A DNA stretch of 63,410 nt, the filler included, from Collodictyon triciliatum (Eukaryota): NCBI GenBank assembly GCA_043381765.1. It is 23 parts of 23 records of this genome, joined end to end, with 100 filler letters (N's around TTAATTAATTAA, not from the genome) between each part and the next. Parts side by side here need not be neighbours in the genome. Positions count along the whole stretch, not along the records: positions 28,217 to 30,932 come from JBHJMP010008404.1; positions 31,033 to 33,748 come from JBHJMP010008405.1; positions 33,849 to 36,562 come from JBHJMP010008406.1; positions 36,663 to 39,375 come from JBHJMP010008407.1; positions 39,476 to 42,187 come from JBHJMP010008408.1; 18 more parts are not named here. One strand, 5' to 3'. The notes beneath the pieces were generated by a model that worked only from the letters and a program-made list of their open reading frames with translations, made no database searches and was not told the origin of the DNA. This document shows, piece after piece, positions 29,343 to 41,158 of this stretch. Made by a program: the position numbers and the translations under genes. Position 1 is the first letter of the stretch. Every line of letters starts with the position of its first letter.

Positions 29343-29860
29343 TTTTTTTCTTCCATTCAACTTTTGTGCAGGACCGAGGGGGGGGTGTTGGCTTTGGTTC
29401 GCTAGCCATCGGTTGTATGGACGCTACTTGTCGGCGGAGGAGCAGTCGGTGCTCAGGATTGCATCCTGCGGTTTGGCCTGTGGCCTGGGTGTTACAAAGG
29501 GGTGTCTGGGGGCACGGGGGTTTTCCAAGAAGGGCAGACGTGGAATAGAGCGGGGACAATTCTGTGGGGTGTGTTTTTGTGGGGTCGAAGCTCGGCGTAG
29601 ATATGGCATCTCATTCCTCCCTCAAGGAAGCACTCTTCTGGTGACGTCATTTTCTTCGAAAGTTGTGGGGTGTGCTCCGTTGTCCGGCGAAGCACACCCC
29701 GTCTGCCCTGGATTGGGTATAACTGAGGGCACAGGAGGAGGGCTCAGGGAATGCGTGATACAGGGCCGGAATCACACACACCGCGCACCCTGTGGGGTTC
29801 GAACCACGTTCGCGCACGTCAGACGCTGTCCCATGCCAGCTGGACTACAACGTCTGCCCC
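29343..29860 (-). mobile_element. Full-length 518-bp non-autonomous retroelement (SINE-like): tRNA-like head, structured body, LINE-A tail, A-rich end
   Basis: Flanked by an exact 18-bp direct repeat TCCGAAAAGGAAGAACAT (29325-29342 and 29861-29878). Pol III A and B boxes sit at the 5' end, the body is shared with 41931-42187, and the tail is shared with 91-232. Confidence 0.92.
29785..29854 (-). promoter_or_regulatory. tRNA-derived head with internal Pol III promoter
   Basis: A box TAGTCCAGCTGG (29836-29847), D-stem GTCC/GGAC, B box GGTTCGAACCC (29795-29805), T-stem GTGG/CCAC. Acceptor and anticodon arms are degenerate, so this is not a functional tRNA. Confidence 0.8.
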
Positions 29861-30305
29861 TCCGAAAAGGAAGAACATAGACAGGCGCTGTTGGGAAGCA
29901 AAAGCAGCACCCGCAACTTCACCCGCCTCGGCCGAATTCCAAGCCCAACCAAACCCTGTGCTTTTGCTTCGATTCGAACCCGCCTCAAACGCTGGCAAAA
30001 TTGGCCGAGGCAGTCACAACCCACACGCTTCACCTGTCACGCTGCTTTCACTGAATGAATATCATGTCTTGTTCTTGTTCTTGTTCTTGTTCTTCCGCTT
30101 CACCGTCAAGGTCGATCAGCACTGTTTGTCCGATTTGTCATGTGCACGGCACCGTATCTTCTTCCTCGCCCACGACTCTCGCCTCTTCTGGTTTCCACCG
30201 ATCACCACCTTCTCCGCACTCTGTCTCTTTTTGCAAACCTGAAGAATACGAGGGAAACGCGTCCATCCTTGCAGTTTCCTCACTCTCTTTGCGATTCCCC
30301 TTCTT

Positions 30306-30909
30306 GTGTTTACACGCCCTTCAAGTAAACAGAAAAATTTCCTCCAAAGGGGCTTCCGTAGACTCCTTCACCTTGGCAAGGGCAAAGAACTGAAGGACAT
30401 GACCAGTCAGTTTTCACTCACCTCGCCCAGGCTGATTCCCGTCGGGCTGTACGAGCGCTTCTTCGACTACTTTGAGAAGCAGCAGCCTTTGCTCAATGAT
30501 GGCGACTTGGAACTGGGCACTGCAGAAACGTTGGAGGATTCGTTGGACCGTAGACAGCGCTTTAATCGCCACCGTGCAAAGAATCGGGCCACGATGCTTC
30601 GCAATTGGTTCCTTTTGTTACTTTTTTTTTCTTTATTCTTCCTTTCATTTCAATTTCATCCTCCATTAAACATAATTCTGTGTTCAAGAGAATCTCTTTT
30701 GGTGAACTAATTATCCACCATTCGCGTAAGCAATAAACGAACAGTGAATGGAAGGATCAATAATAAATACTTTGAGGTTAATAAGATTTATAAAGTTTAT
30801 TAATGTAATATCATTTTTGATAAATGTGTAGGTGCTCTGTCAACCCTGCAATCCCAGCCGACTTTTGGACGCCTTTGCTCGAGAATGGAAAAGCAGGGAT
30901 CGGAATAGC
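30306..30909 (+). CDS. Hypothetical protein, last exons
   Basis: Coding-like block FLQRGFRRLLHLGKGKELKDM...RATMLRNW, then an AT-rich intron and a short GC-richer terminal exon. Confidence 0.4.
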
Positions 30910-31106
30910 ACTATTTTTTAATTTCGTAAAGGNNNNNNNNNNNNNNNNNNNNNNNNNNNNNNNNNNNNNNNNNNNNTTAATTAATTAANNNNNNNNNNNN
31001 NNNNNNNNNNNNNNNNNNNNNNNNNNNNNNNNCATACATACATACATACATACATACATACATACATACATACATACATACATACATACATACATACATA
31101 CATACA

Positions 31107-31138
<32 letters not shown>

Positions 31139-31161
31139 GTTGATTAAAAACTGGAAAACAT

Positions 31162-32805
31162 TTGATACTTGAGAAAAATTACTCAAGGGACTTAAATCAC
31201 GAAGATTGCGTGAAAATACTACGAAAGTATTATAATTCCAAAAAAAATTACCACAGTCACAATATTCTTCGCATGGTCTCCACTTTGCCCACCGATGAGA
31301 TGATTTCGTGGTATGAGAGACACGCTCACAGTGTGATTGATTTGTGGTTGAGATGGAGATATGTGAATCTTGGACGTGCCATCATGGACCATATGACCCG
31401 TAAGAACCTGGCAGTCAAAGCCACCAAACAGATCACTAATCCAGTCTCTCGACTGATCCGATGTCTTAAAATCCTCGAAAAAGTCCTGAAAAGTCGGCGC
31501 TACGTGTGCTCTCAGAACTACCCCACTATTGCTGATATATCTATCGCAGCTGCATTGGTTGACTTAGAACTAGTGGACTTGGACTGGGAGCGATATCCCT
31601 CCTTACGCAACTGGTACTTTGACATTGTCAGCAGAGACCCGAACTGGGGCCGTGTTTTCGATCCAGTCTACTTCAAGGTGGCCCAAAAACGCGGATTTTC
31701 CTCTCCAAAACAAACACACTTATTATCAGCCTCTTTGCAACCCTATTCTGCTCATCTTAGTGCTCTGGTGAAGACCCAGAGTGTCCCAGTTTCCTTCGAC
31801 TTCTTCGACCCTGAATGGAAATTCCTGGAATACCTTCCGGAGCAGAACTACGCCCTCCCTTTGACAAGGACGGAGGAAAAAATGCTCATCGACTCCAACA
31901 TCCACAAAGCTCCGTCCAGGCAGAAAGAAAGCAAACGACTGTCCCCTCGGGTGAGATACAACTTCGATTCCTCAGGTGGTCTTGGTTGCATCCGCATAGT
32001 TGTCAACTCCAAGGTTTCGTCTATCCTTCCCATTCCAAAAAGGGTGGAGGACTTACAAAGCCTGTGTCTTTACCTACAGTCCTTCTATCCCCATTCCAGG
32101 TTGGTCTTGTGTGATGAGAATGGGGCGGGTCTTTACGTCCCAAAGTCTCCAAAGCCGGAAGCATGGGAGGCCCTTCTCCCAGTCATATATGCCATCCACG
32201 TTGTCCCGCCAACAGAGCATCGCAACTTCAACAAGACCCCACAATTCAATTACCGCCCTGTTCTCATCTCATCTCTGGTTTCTGGGACAAACACTTGTCT
32301 GTCAGCAGCAACTGGTACATGGACAGGAATCGCCGGTGGTCTGGGCCCCGAGCTGATTCCAGGACTGTACCCTGGTCATAATTCGGCAACAAGTTCATCT
32401 GCAAACCTGCAGAACGTCCACCCGCCCAACAGCGCACCATTCACGCAAAACCCAACTTCGTCCAATCAAAAAAGACAACTGTTTCCACATCCTCGTTCTC
32501 CGGCCAACAGCGTCCCTCACTCGCCGCTCCGCCATCCCCCGCACCCTTCGCCACAATCCCCGCCCCAGCCTTCCAACACAACTCCGGTCAAAGGCAAGCG
32601 AAAGGATAACAGGACCCAGACGCAAGAGTCCTTGCCAGCCATCCAGCAACCCCACTCAGCCCGCTCATCATCACAAACCCCGAGGAAAGAGCCCCGCACC
32701 CAGCCTGCTCCTCTTCCTCCGCCCCACCCCTCCATCCCCACGAACGACTTTCCAGTCAGCTTGCCCAACATCGGGATTCGGGGCCTTGTCCCTGCGAGAA
32801 AATGA
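31162..32805 (+). CDS. Protein with a theta-like GST C-terminal domain and a long Pro-rich extension (5' part probably missing)
   Basis: IDLWLRW...LKILEKVLKSRRYVCSQNYPTIADISIAAALVDLELVDLDWERYPSLRNW matches GST_C (N-cap TIAD, YP.L..W). Uninterrupted 547 codons. Confidence 0.75.
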   Translation: MILEKNYSRDLNHEDCVKILRKYYNSKKNYHSHNILRMVSTLPTDEMISWYERHAHSVIDLWLRWRYVNLGRAIMDHMTRKNLAVKATKQITNPVSRLIRCLKILEKVLKSRRYVCSQNYPTIADISIAAALVDLELVDLDWERYPSLRNWYFDIVSRDPNWGRVFDPVYFKVAQKRGFSSPKQTHLLSASLQPYSAHLSALVKTQSVPVSFDFFDPEWKFLEYLPEQNYALPLTRTEEKMLIDSNIHKAPSRQKESKRLSPRVRYNFDSSGGLGCIRIVVNSKVSSILPIPKRVEDLQSLCLYLQSFYPHSRLVLCDENGAGLYVPKSPKPEAWEALLPVIYAIHVVPPTEHRNFNKTPQFNYRPVLISSLVSGTNTCLSAATGTWTGIAGGLGPELIPGLYPGHNSATSSSANLQNVHPPNSAPFTQNPTSSNQKRQLFPHPRSPANSVPHSPLRHPPHPSPQSPPQPSNTTPVKGKRKDNRTQTQESLPAIQQPHSARSSSQTPRKEPRTQPAPLPPPHPSIPTNDFPVSLPNIGIRGLVPARK

Positions 32806-35529
32806 GTATGTATATACGCTCGCAAACGAGGGATGTGTTAGCTTGCCTGCTTCCTTGGTAGCCTTTCAATCATTTGCATGGTTGGTGTAATCTTTGTCGC
32901 ACTCGGGTCTTGGTGGGGCACCTGTCTGTGGAAATCCTGGTGGTTTGTACATTACCGTCTTGGATATCGCGTGATAGGGGGACTTTTTGGGTGGATTCAT
33001 ATCAGATTGTCGTGTGGGAATGAAAAAAGAGTAGGAGAGAAAGAAGCGTCAGTTGTTTCGCACAGAACATCTCTAAGCTTATCGAGATGTTTGATGTCGT
33101 CGCTGCCACAGCCACCTTGCTTTTCCCAACATAAAACGCAAAACAGACCCAAACCTATTTCTTTGTCTTCGGCTGCGGCCAGAGGAAGGAAAACAAAGTG
33201 AAAAGGAAGCAGCAAAGGCCGCCGCCCAGAAAGCCAGGCGCCTTTGCCGTCCAACCACGCTGCCAATCTTCTCAAAGAAGCATACAGGAAGAGGGCGAGC
33301 GAGAAAGGAGCCTCGGTGAACCGCAAGCGGACAAGGAAAGCCTTTGCACGGGACAGCCAGCAGAAGCCTCATGAGCAACCTTCTGGGCATAGTCCGCTTA
33401 ACTCGTGAGTCCACACAAAGCAAACCCTCTTTGAACCAAAGCAGCTGACTAAACCGCCTCTGAACCACCCTCTTTGTCTGCACCAGTGGTCGGGGGCCGA
33501 AACATCCGCAGCGATCAGGAGCAGGGTTTGTCGTGGCTCTGCGCCCCAACACTTACCGCATCCACAGAGGGGCAAAAGCGTTGCCTTTAGAATACACTCT
33601 GCTTTCGCCCGCTTTTTCTTCTTCTTCTTCTTCTTCTTCTTCTTCTTCTTCTTCTTCTTCTTCTTCTTCTTCTTCTTCTTCTTCTTCTTCTTCTTCTTCT
33701 TCTTCTTCTTCTCAAACACAACCCGCCCTGCTGCAGTCGATCCCTTTGNNNNNNNNNNNNNNNNNNNNNNNNNNNNNNNNNNNNNNNNNNNNTTAATTAA
33801 TTAANNNNNNNNNNNNNNNNNNNNNNNNNNNNNNNNNNNNNNNNNNNNATATTTATATTTATATTTATATTTATATTTATATTTATATTTATATTTATAT
33901 TTATATTTATATTTATATTTATATTTATATTTATATTTATATTTATTAATAGTTTTAATTTTTGTTTTAGATTAAGTTAAAAATTTGTTTTAAGTTTTAT
34001 ATTTTTAATTATGATATTAATTTTAATCATTATTAAATTTATATCTTTTTTGTCTTGATCATAATTTATAACATAGTTTTTATAATTAAATTTTAATCCT
34101 TTTTATACTTTTTTCTACTATATTTAAATCTATCAAGCTATATTAAATGAAAAATCAATGATTTAATGAATATTCTAAATCTTAAAAGTAAGATATTATT
34201 TGTTTTAAATCACTTAATTGACCATATTGGAAACTTATATGTTCATATTTAAATTTAAATTCCATTCATTGATTTAATTACCTCGACAAAAATATCTTGT
34301 ACATTAATTATTAAAATTTTATTACAATCAAAAGATATTGAAATCAGTACTGTTTTTTTACAAAATTAATCGTGGTGAAGAAACGCATTAAATATCAAGT
34401 ATTTAATAATTATTTGTTGTAATATTTTTGTTTAGAGACCTATTCTTATCTCAGTATACTTGTTTTCAAGTTTAATTTCTATGAAAATTTTGATGACATT
34501 AAAAAAATTATTTTTTAATTTTTATATAACTTTATCTTTTCATTCCATTTTTTACTATGAGAATTTATTATATAAATAGATATTGACATGTTGTGATTCA
34601 TATAGACTTTCAATGGTATGATTTGAAGTTGTTTAAAAAAATTTTTATGAATGTTTCACATATTGATTCCATGCACATAATCACTATTCAACAAGATGAT
34701 AAAAATGAGCAAGGTGATGACATAGAATACATTATTAATAAACGTACGCAAGAAATCAAATTTGTTGGGATTGTCGATACATTAAGTAAACACCTTTTAT
34801 TTAAAATTTTTTTAATATCATTGATTTTCAAAATGAAACAAAAATTGTCTCAGTGCTCTTTTTTTCATTACAAATTGAATTTAAAAGATAAAATTTATAT
34901 TATATTATATTTTAACTTATATGGATATATAATTTGAAAATGGTCAAACAATCCTAATCCCGATTAAGTTTATCATCTTACAACCATTGCAAACAAAAAG
35001 CTATTAGAATGTTATCCCGTTAATATCCACAGTACAATCTGGATATGAATACAAAATTAGAAATGCAATATTTCACTTTTGCTCAAGCTTGATACACTAA
35101 ATATCTGTAAATATAAGTCCTGTATATTCGATTGCACAAATCATATTTTGTATTATATAAGTATTTACGTGCCTATGTCTCATTCATTTCAGGAATCAGG
35201 TATCCTTGTTTTTTCGAGACAAACCTGCGACTTTGGAGAGCCATGTAATATTGGGATTGCCGATTTGAATGGAACGAACCTATACAAAAGCTCACATATG
35301 TATGGATTTTTCATGCACTTATTTGATGTCATCAAAGCTCATTAAAAAGTTTGCCAACTATGTGCTGCTATATGGTGAAACTGATTATCAATTACAGATT
35401 ATTCTGTGTACGATTGAATATATTTGGGCTTAGTGAATAGAACTGAAAATGATGTTTATTTGACTACATCACTTTTATTATTGAATTAGAATGGTATGTT
35501 TGAAGTCAATATTGATTAATATTATGCCG

Positions 35530-36562
35530 CAATATAATAAAGACACATTTCAAAACATGGGACTCCGAGGCATTAGACAAGCTGGAAGGATATGTATCTG
35601 CGGGTTTACCCTGCATCATATGGACGCCATCATGTATCTGTGTGTGTTGATTGCCATGGTGTGAAGATAGCAGGAGCGTTACGATGCCGCTATTCACGGA
35701 AATAGACCGAACAGGACGAATGCTCCATACACCCAAGATGGATAAAATAATTTTTTTGTTGTGGTGCAGTTTTATCCATAAGCGGACAGTATATATTGAA
35801 TGTGTTTTGTTGGGGAGGAGTGTTGCAGCGAGTGAGTGTGCGCCAGAGTGCGAGCGAGATGGCGTTGGTTGCGGTGGAAAGGATCGCTGCCTGTGGGGAG
35901 GGCTGCGTCGGTGTTGGGGGAGTGTGCCCAGTGTTGTGGGGGTCAGCGCTTGCTGTGCTTCTTGTTGAGCAATCTGTGCGGGGTGGGCCGGAGCAAGGAG
36001 GGTGGGTGTTTGTATGGAAGTGGGGGTTGGGAGGCGGACAGCCAGTTCTTTTTCCTCCGCACGCAGATATTCCACGCAACACTATTCTCATTCTCTTTTT
36101 TTTTTTAAGTCTGTGGAGGCTTGTTTCAATGAAAGGAGTGTGAAGCGTTTTCGGGACGCCAGTCTTTGACTTTTTAATTTCAAGGCGCCTTTTTTTTTAC
36201 TTTATGTTTTGTCTTGTTGGTGGCTAAAGGCTCCGAGCACCTTTGAGAGGCGTGGGCGCTGTGCTTTGCTTGTGGCAGCAGCCTCGCAGTGAACCTGAGG
36301 TGTTTATTTTTTTCACACGCTCAGTCACCTAAAAACAGACGCCATACGGGCTGTTTGTACAAAGGGTTTGTTTCTTGGATGTCCCCCAGGATGAGCCGAC
36401 TAGTGACCTACCGACGCTGTTGTGTTGCTCACAGCGGAGCTTTTGTGTGGGTCTGAGACGAGGGAGAGAGGCTGTGTTTTATGGTCTCTGCCTGGATCAA
36501 AGGCTGTGTGTGTTTTTATTTTGTTAGCGGTGCCCTCTGCTTTGGGGATAGCCTTGTGCAGC
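35530..36562 (-). mobile_element. Decayed LINE fragment: probable ORF1 end and APE-like endonuclease start of ORF2
   Basis: With frameshifts it reads MRIV/VAWNI, then HPAQIAQQEAQ (cf. hPdIi.lQEt), SGAHSLAATLL and LSILGVWS (cf. iinvYaP). The sense strand is A/C-rich and intronless. Confidence 0.5.
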
Positions 36563-36920
36563 NNNNNNNNNNNNNNNNNNNNNNNNNNNNNNNNNNNNNN
36601 NNNNNNTTAATTAATTAANNNNNNNNNNNNNNNNNNNNNNNNNNNNNNNNNNNNNNNNNNNNACAAAGAAAACAAAGAAAACAAAGAAAACAAAGAAAAC
36701 AAAGAAAACAAAGAAAACAAAGAAAACAAAGAAAACAAAGAAAACAAAGAAAACAAAGAAATCAAAACGAACAGAAAGAGTGAACATGAAAGGAGCTTGA
36801 AAAGGATTTCAAAGGAAACCTAGCCATTTCCTTTAACTAGGAGACATAATTTGAGCTCCACTACTCTTCTTTTTGACACAAAGATACATCGCCGAAAAAT
36901 CTATTGAACGCCTCCGCAAG

Positions 36921-38364
36921 ATGAATCCGACCACCCCGCGAAGGATTTACGGCTCGAGTTCCTATTTTTCGCAGCAGCAACAACAACAACAACAACAACA
37001 ACTTTATACACCGCGGTATCGCGGGAGCTTAAACCCGACTACCCTGGTATGTCTATCCTCTATTTTGGCTTTTCTTGCTTTAGTTTCTGGAGTTATTTTT
37101 CACTCTTATTTATTTGCAAAACTATCTTCATATACGCCATAACGCTAAATACACACCAAACTGAACAAAGAGCCAAAGTCAGCAATCTCAGCTCGCGATA
37201 TTTACTCTATTATCCCCTCGGTATGCACATGCCTTGACATCAAGTTCTCTGGGGACTGAAAGCCCACTTTCATTATTATCTCAATCCCCAGGTAAGACAA
37301 AACATGCATCATTCTTATAAATGGGTGTCAATGGTCGCCCAGTCTCATTCAAGAAGTGATTCGACAAATCAGTACGATCCTCAACAAGAATATCACTGAA
37401 TCATGGATTGAATTAGCACACGGAGACTTCACCAGCTCGGGTCAAGGAAGCTCTTTCATGCAAGGGAATCTCCAGTCGATGCCAGTAGACACGGGCGTAT
37501 CCCTGACGTCCTCTGCAGTTTCGAATGCATCGTCGTACAACGCCTTTTACTGGCCTGCAGGCCACCTGCAAAACACTCCTCGTCAACCAGACTTACAACA
37601 CAACACCAATCACAGCGTGAATACTCCGCGCGAGGTAGATTCAAACGTATATTCAAACCTGACATCAAAGGCTCCAATAACAGACCCGAATCGAACAATT
37701 CAACCCGCATTTGTGTACGGATCGTCCTCATATCACAACCAGCCCTCTCGTCAATCCTCATACACACTTCCAACCCAGCAAAATGCCATATATCAGCACA
37801 CCATCCTTTCAAACGACGCATATTCCACACCAAGCCGCCCCATCCAGCGCAGCACGGGTTACAATTATTCGTATACATCGCCGCTCATGCCATCTTCTTC
37901 TCTTCGCTATCCAACAACCAGTGATCTCCAACCGCCTCAGCCTGTCGACGATTCGTCCTACTTGGGGGGAAACTTCGTTCCAAATATCCCAGTGCTTGCA
38001 AAATACCAACCGCCTACAGCGCAATCTTTACATACAGAACATCGCACGAGTACAGCCGAAAATTTCCCACCAAGTGAGCCAGACTCAATACTAGACACCC
38101 AGATAACCACCACAGATGTTTTATATCACTCCAAAACCTTGGCAAAACAACCACTTCCTCCGTCTACTCCTGTCGCCGAAGTTACCGCAAAGGTGATTGA
38201 AAATAGGGATACTGGGGTTGCTACCCTTGCGCAAGGGGATGTGTTTCCGGAAGCTGAGTCAAGTCCCAAATCGAACCCGTTAATGGGTATGTTCATGAAA
38301 GGAAATAACCGTATTGGAGAGCCTCTTCACATTGTTGGTCTGCCAGAAAATGCATTCATTAGAT
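36921..38364 (+). CDS. Hypothetical Gln/Ser/Pro-rich protein, 5' exons
   Basis: ATG at 36921, a polyQ tract, and three exons that splice in frame (36921-37046, ~37169-37291, ~37417-38364). The ordered-looking segment MKGNNRIGEPLHIVGLPENAFIRW begins just before the gap. Confidence 0.6.
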
Positions 38365-39283
38365 GGTATGGATTTAAAACACTAGTTTTTTTTNNNNNNN
38401 NNNNNNNNNNNNNNNNNNNNNNNNNNNNNNNNNNNNNNNNNNNNNNNNNNNNNNNNNNNNNNNNNNNNNNNNNNNNNNNNNNNNNNNNNNNNNNNNNNNN
38501 NNNNNNNNNNNNNNNNNNNNNNNNNNNNNNNNNNNNNNNNNNNNNNNNNNNNNNNNNNNNNNNNNNNNNNNNNNNNNNNNNNNNNNNNNNNNNNNNNNNN
38601 NNNNNNNNNNNNNNNNNNNNNNNNNNNNNNNNNNNNNNNNNNNNNNNNNNNNNNNNNNNNNNNNNNNNNNNNNNNNNNNNNNNNNNNNNNNNNNNNNNNN
38701 NNNNNNNNNNNNNNNNNNNNNNNNNNNNNNNNNNNNNNNNNNNNNNNNNNNNNNNNNNNNNNNNNNNNNNNNNNNNNNNNNNNNNNNNNNNNNNNNNNNN
38801 NNNNNNNNNNNNNNNNNNNNNNNNNNNNNNNNNNNNNNNNNNNNNNNNNNNNNNNNNNNNNNNNNNNNNNNNNNNNNNNNNNNNNNNNNNNNNNNNNNNN
38901 NNNNNNNNNNNNNNNNNNNNNNNNNNNNNNNNNNNNNNNNNNNNNNNNNNNNNNNNNNNNNNNNNNNNNNNNNNNNNNNNNNNNNNNNNNNNNNNNNNNN
39001 NNNNNNNNNNNNNNNNNNNNNNNNNNNNNNNNNNNNNNNNNNNNNNNNNNNNNNNNNNNNNNNNNNNNNNNNNNNNNNNNATATTCTTTTTTTTCTTTAA
39101 AAAAAAAAACACTGTCCAACTACGAAGCCTTCATCTCTGCACAATTTAACGTTCCTGGAGTTTCACAACCCTGTCGTCTAACAAATTTGGAGGTTATTAT
39201 TGCAAAATATGAAATTATTGCTTTTCCACACACACACAATTTTTCTCTTTTCGTTTCCCTTTTTACCTGTCTATTACATGATA

Positions 39284-39375
<92 letters not shown>

Positions 39376-39944
39376 NNNNNNNNNNNNNNNNNNNNNNNNN
39401 NNNNNNNNNNNNNNNNNNNTTAATTAATTAANNNNNNNNNNNNNNNNNNNNNNNNNNNNNNNNNNNNNNNNNNNNTTCATCGACCCGACAACTTTATCCG
39501 CTCTTCTGTCAGTCTCGAATACAACCAGAAATCGCGTTGGAGCTGATTCACCTCGGGTAGAATAGTCTGTGTGTGAGAACACTTTCTCTCCTTTCTCTTT
39601 TTTCTTTCTTTTTTCTTTCCTTCTACCCAAAATACAAAAATTCCAACCGCACAATCCGGGGGTTTCCACTGTCTCGTCCACAGCTCATTTCTGTCCCACA
39701 GGTGAAGGCGGTTTCCTCGGCTTTGTTTTCTCTCAATAAACTGTTGAAAAGAAACCAAAAAAACCAGTTGGTCGCCCACCTGACCAACTCGCTCTCAATA
39801 ACAAATTTAGTTATATTTGCTTCGCTTCAGCATCCTTTGCTCATGTTTCCACTTAACAAGCGCATTGTAATCAATTATTGTTTCGATTTTTTTCTTCTTA
39901 TATATTTGGAATGGGAAGACTATTTTTTATTGATGTAATCATGC

Positions 39945-41158
39945 TCAAAAAGTGCAGAATTCTTCAATGTTCCTAGGTTCGTCATTGACCCAAAACATTG
40001 ATGTGTCGTACGCTCGTTTAGGTTTTTTCATGATGATGCTGTTATCGATATATTTATCATATATCTTATATTTCGAATTACCATTGAAATGTATAAAAGA
40101 TGGTCTTGCATTGGTCGGAATATGCTCTAAATGATCGGCAGTTTTTTGAACCCATGGACATGTGGGCTGACATGCTTTTTCTATGTCAAACATTGTCATA
40201 GCAAACTCTACACAATAATCCAAATGAATTTCGGTTATTTTAAGTAAATATGCCTCATGAAAGAATTTCTGATCGTCGTGCCAACTGGATTTCGATGATA
40301 CTATCTCATCCCTTATCATTCCTAGCAAATCCTTTAGTGCCCCAGCGTAGGCTATGTATGTACCAGAATTGATGAACCTAGGCCTTGATTGATAGTACAT
40401 ACGTCAGAAATCCTTAAGCCAGTAATAGATTTAGTATGATATGGAAATCAATAGTTTAGCAAAGGCATTACATAGGGAGCTATCAGTTCAGATTATTATA
40501 GTTATTCATGTCACACTAACCCTCCTTTTAGACAAGTGTTATATGAGCTATTCATGTCATAAACGTGCTCACAGGCTCCTTTTTTTACCGCAGAATTCGG
40601 ATAAAATCTTCGTGCAACTTCGTCCGGGTAACAGTTATGCTCGACAGACATAATAATTGGTACGTTTTTTTTTATAAATTTTTCAACAATATTGTCCATG
40701 TAGTCGTTAAAGACAATATCCAAGCAATCAACAAGTATAATGATAGTGTCATTGGTGTACTTTTGGACGACATTGTTCATAATAAAAATTTTCTCTCGGA
40801 CATTCTTCCAAGGGAGGCCGAAATTGATGAGATGAAGAAACGCCCCATAGGAGTGTGCAGAACGTAAAAAATTACAAGTTTTCTGTTTTATCTCACTGCA
40901 AGTAGACATAACAACTGCGTTATGAATCTGTAAACCCTGATTATATAGCATTAGGTTTTGGCCGAGGCTGTCGCCAAGGTATGCGATAAGTCTCTTACTA
41001 GACTGGGTATTAAAATTTGTGTTACGTAATGATCCGGACATCGAGCCAGGTTCTATGTGTTTCCTTTCCAAGTCATCTCTTTCAGATGAGGAATGTGTGA
41101 TGAACACGAGCAGGATTATGTAAATCAAGAGCAACCTATTTGCAGCAGACGAAGACAT
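39945..41158 (-). CDS. PLOD/LH3-type glycosyltransferase-domain protein (2 exons; intron 40384-40520)
   Basis: N-terminal hydrophobic anchor, IILVDCLDIVF (DxxD), IIMSVEHNCYPD, GPRFINSGTYIAY, DDQKFF, IHLD and FIHFNGNSK. The GTTAG...AAG intron joins the two ORFs in frame. Confidence 0.88.

Noticed and set aside
29660-29770. HDV-like ribozyme in the SINE body (CTCCTCC loop, long hairpin)
   Set aside because: I could not build convincing P1/P2/P3 pairings or a J4/2 segment by eye.
29785-29854. Functional tRNA gene
   Set aside because: The acceptor stem does not pair, the anticodon arm is malformed, and it lies inside a TSD-bounded element.
40384-40520. Apparent stop or readthrough between two glycosyltransferase ORFs
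   Set aside because: Explained by a 137-nt GT-AG intron that restores the frame.
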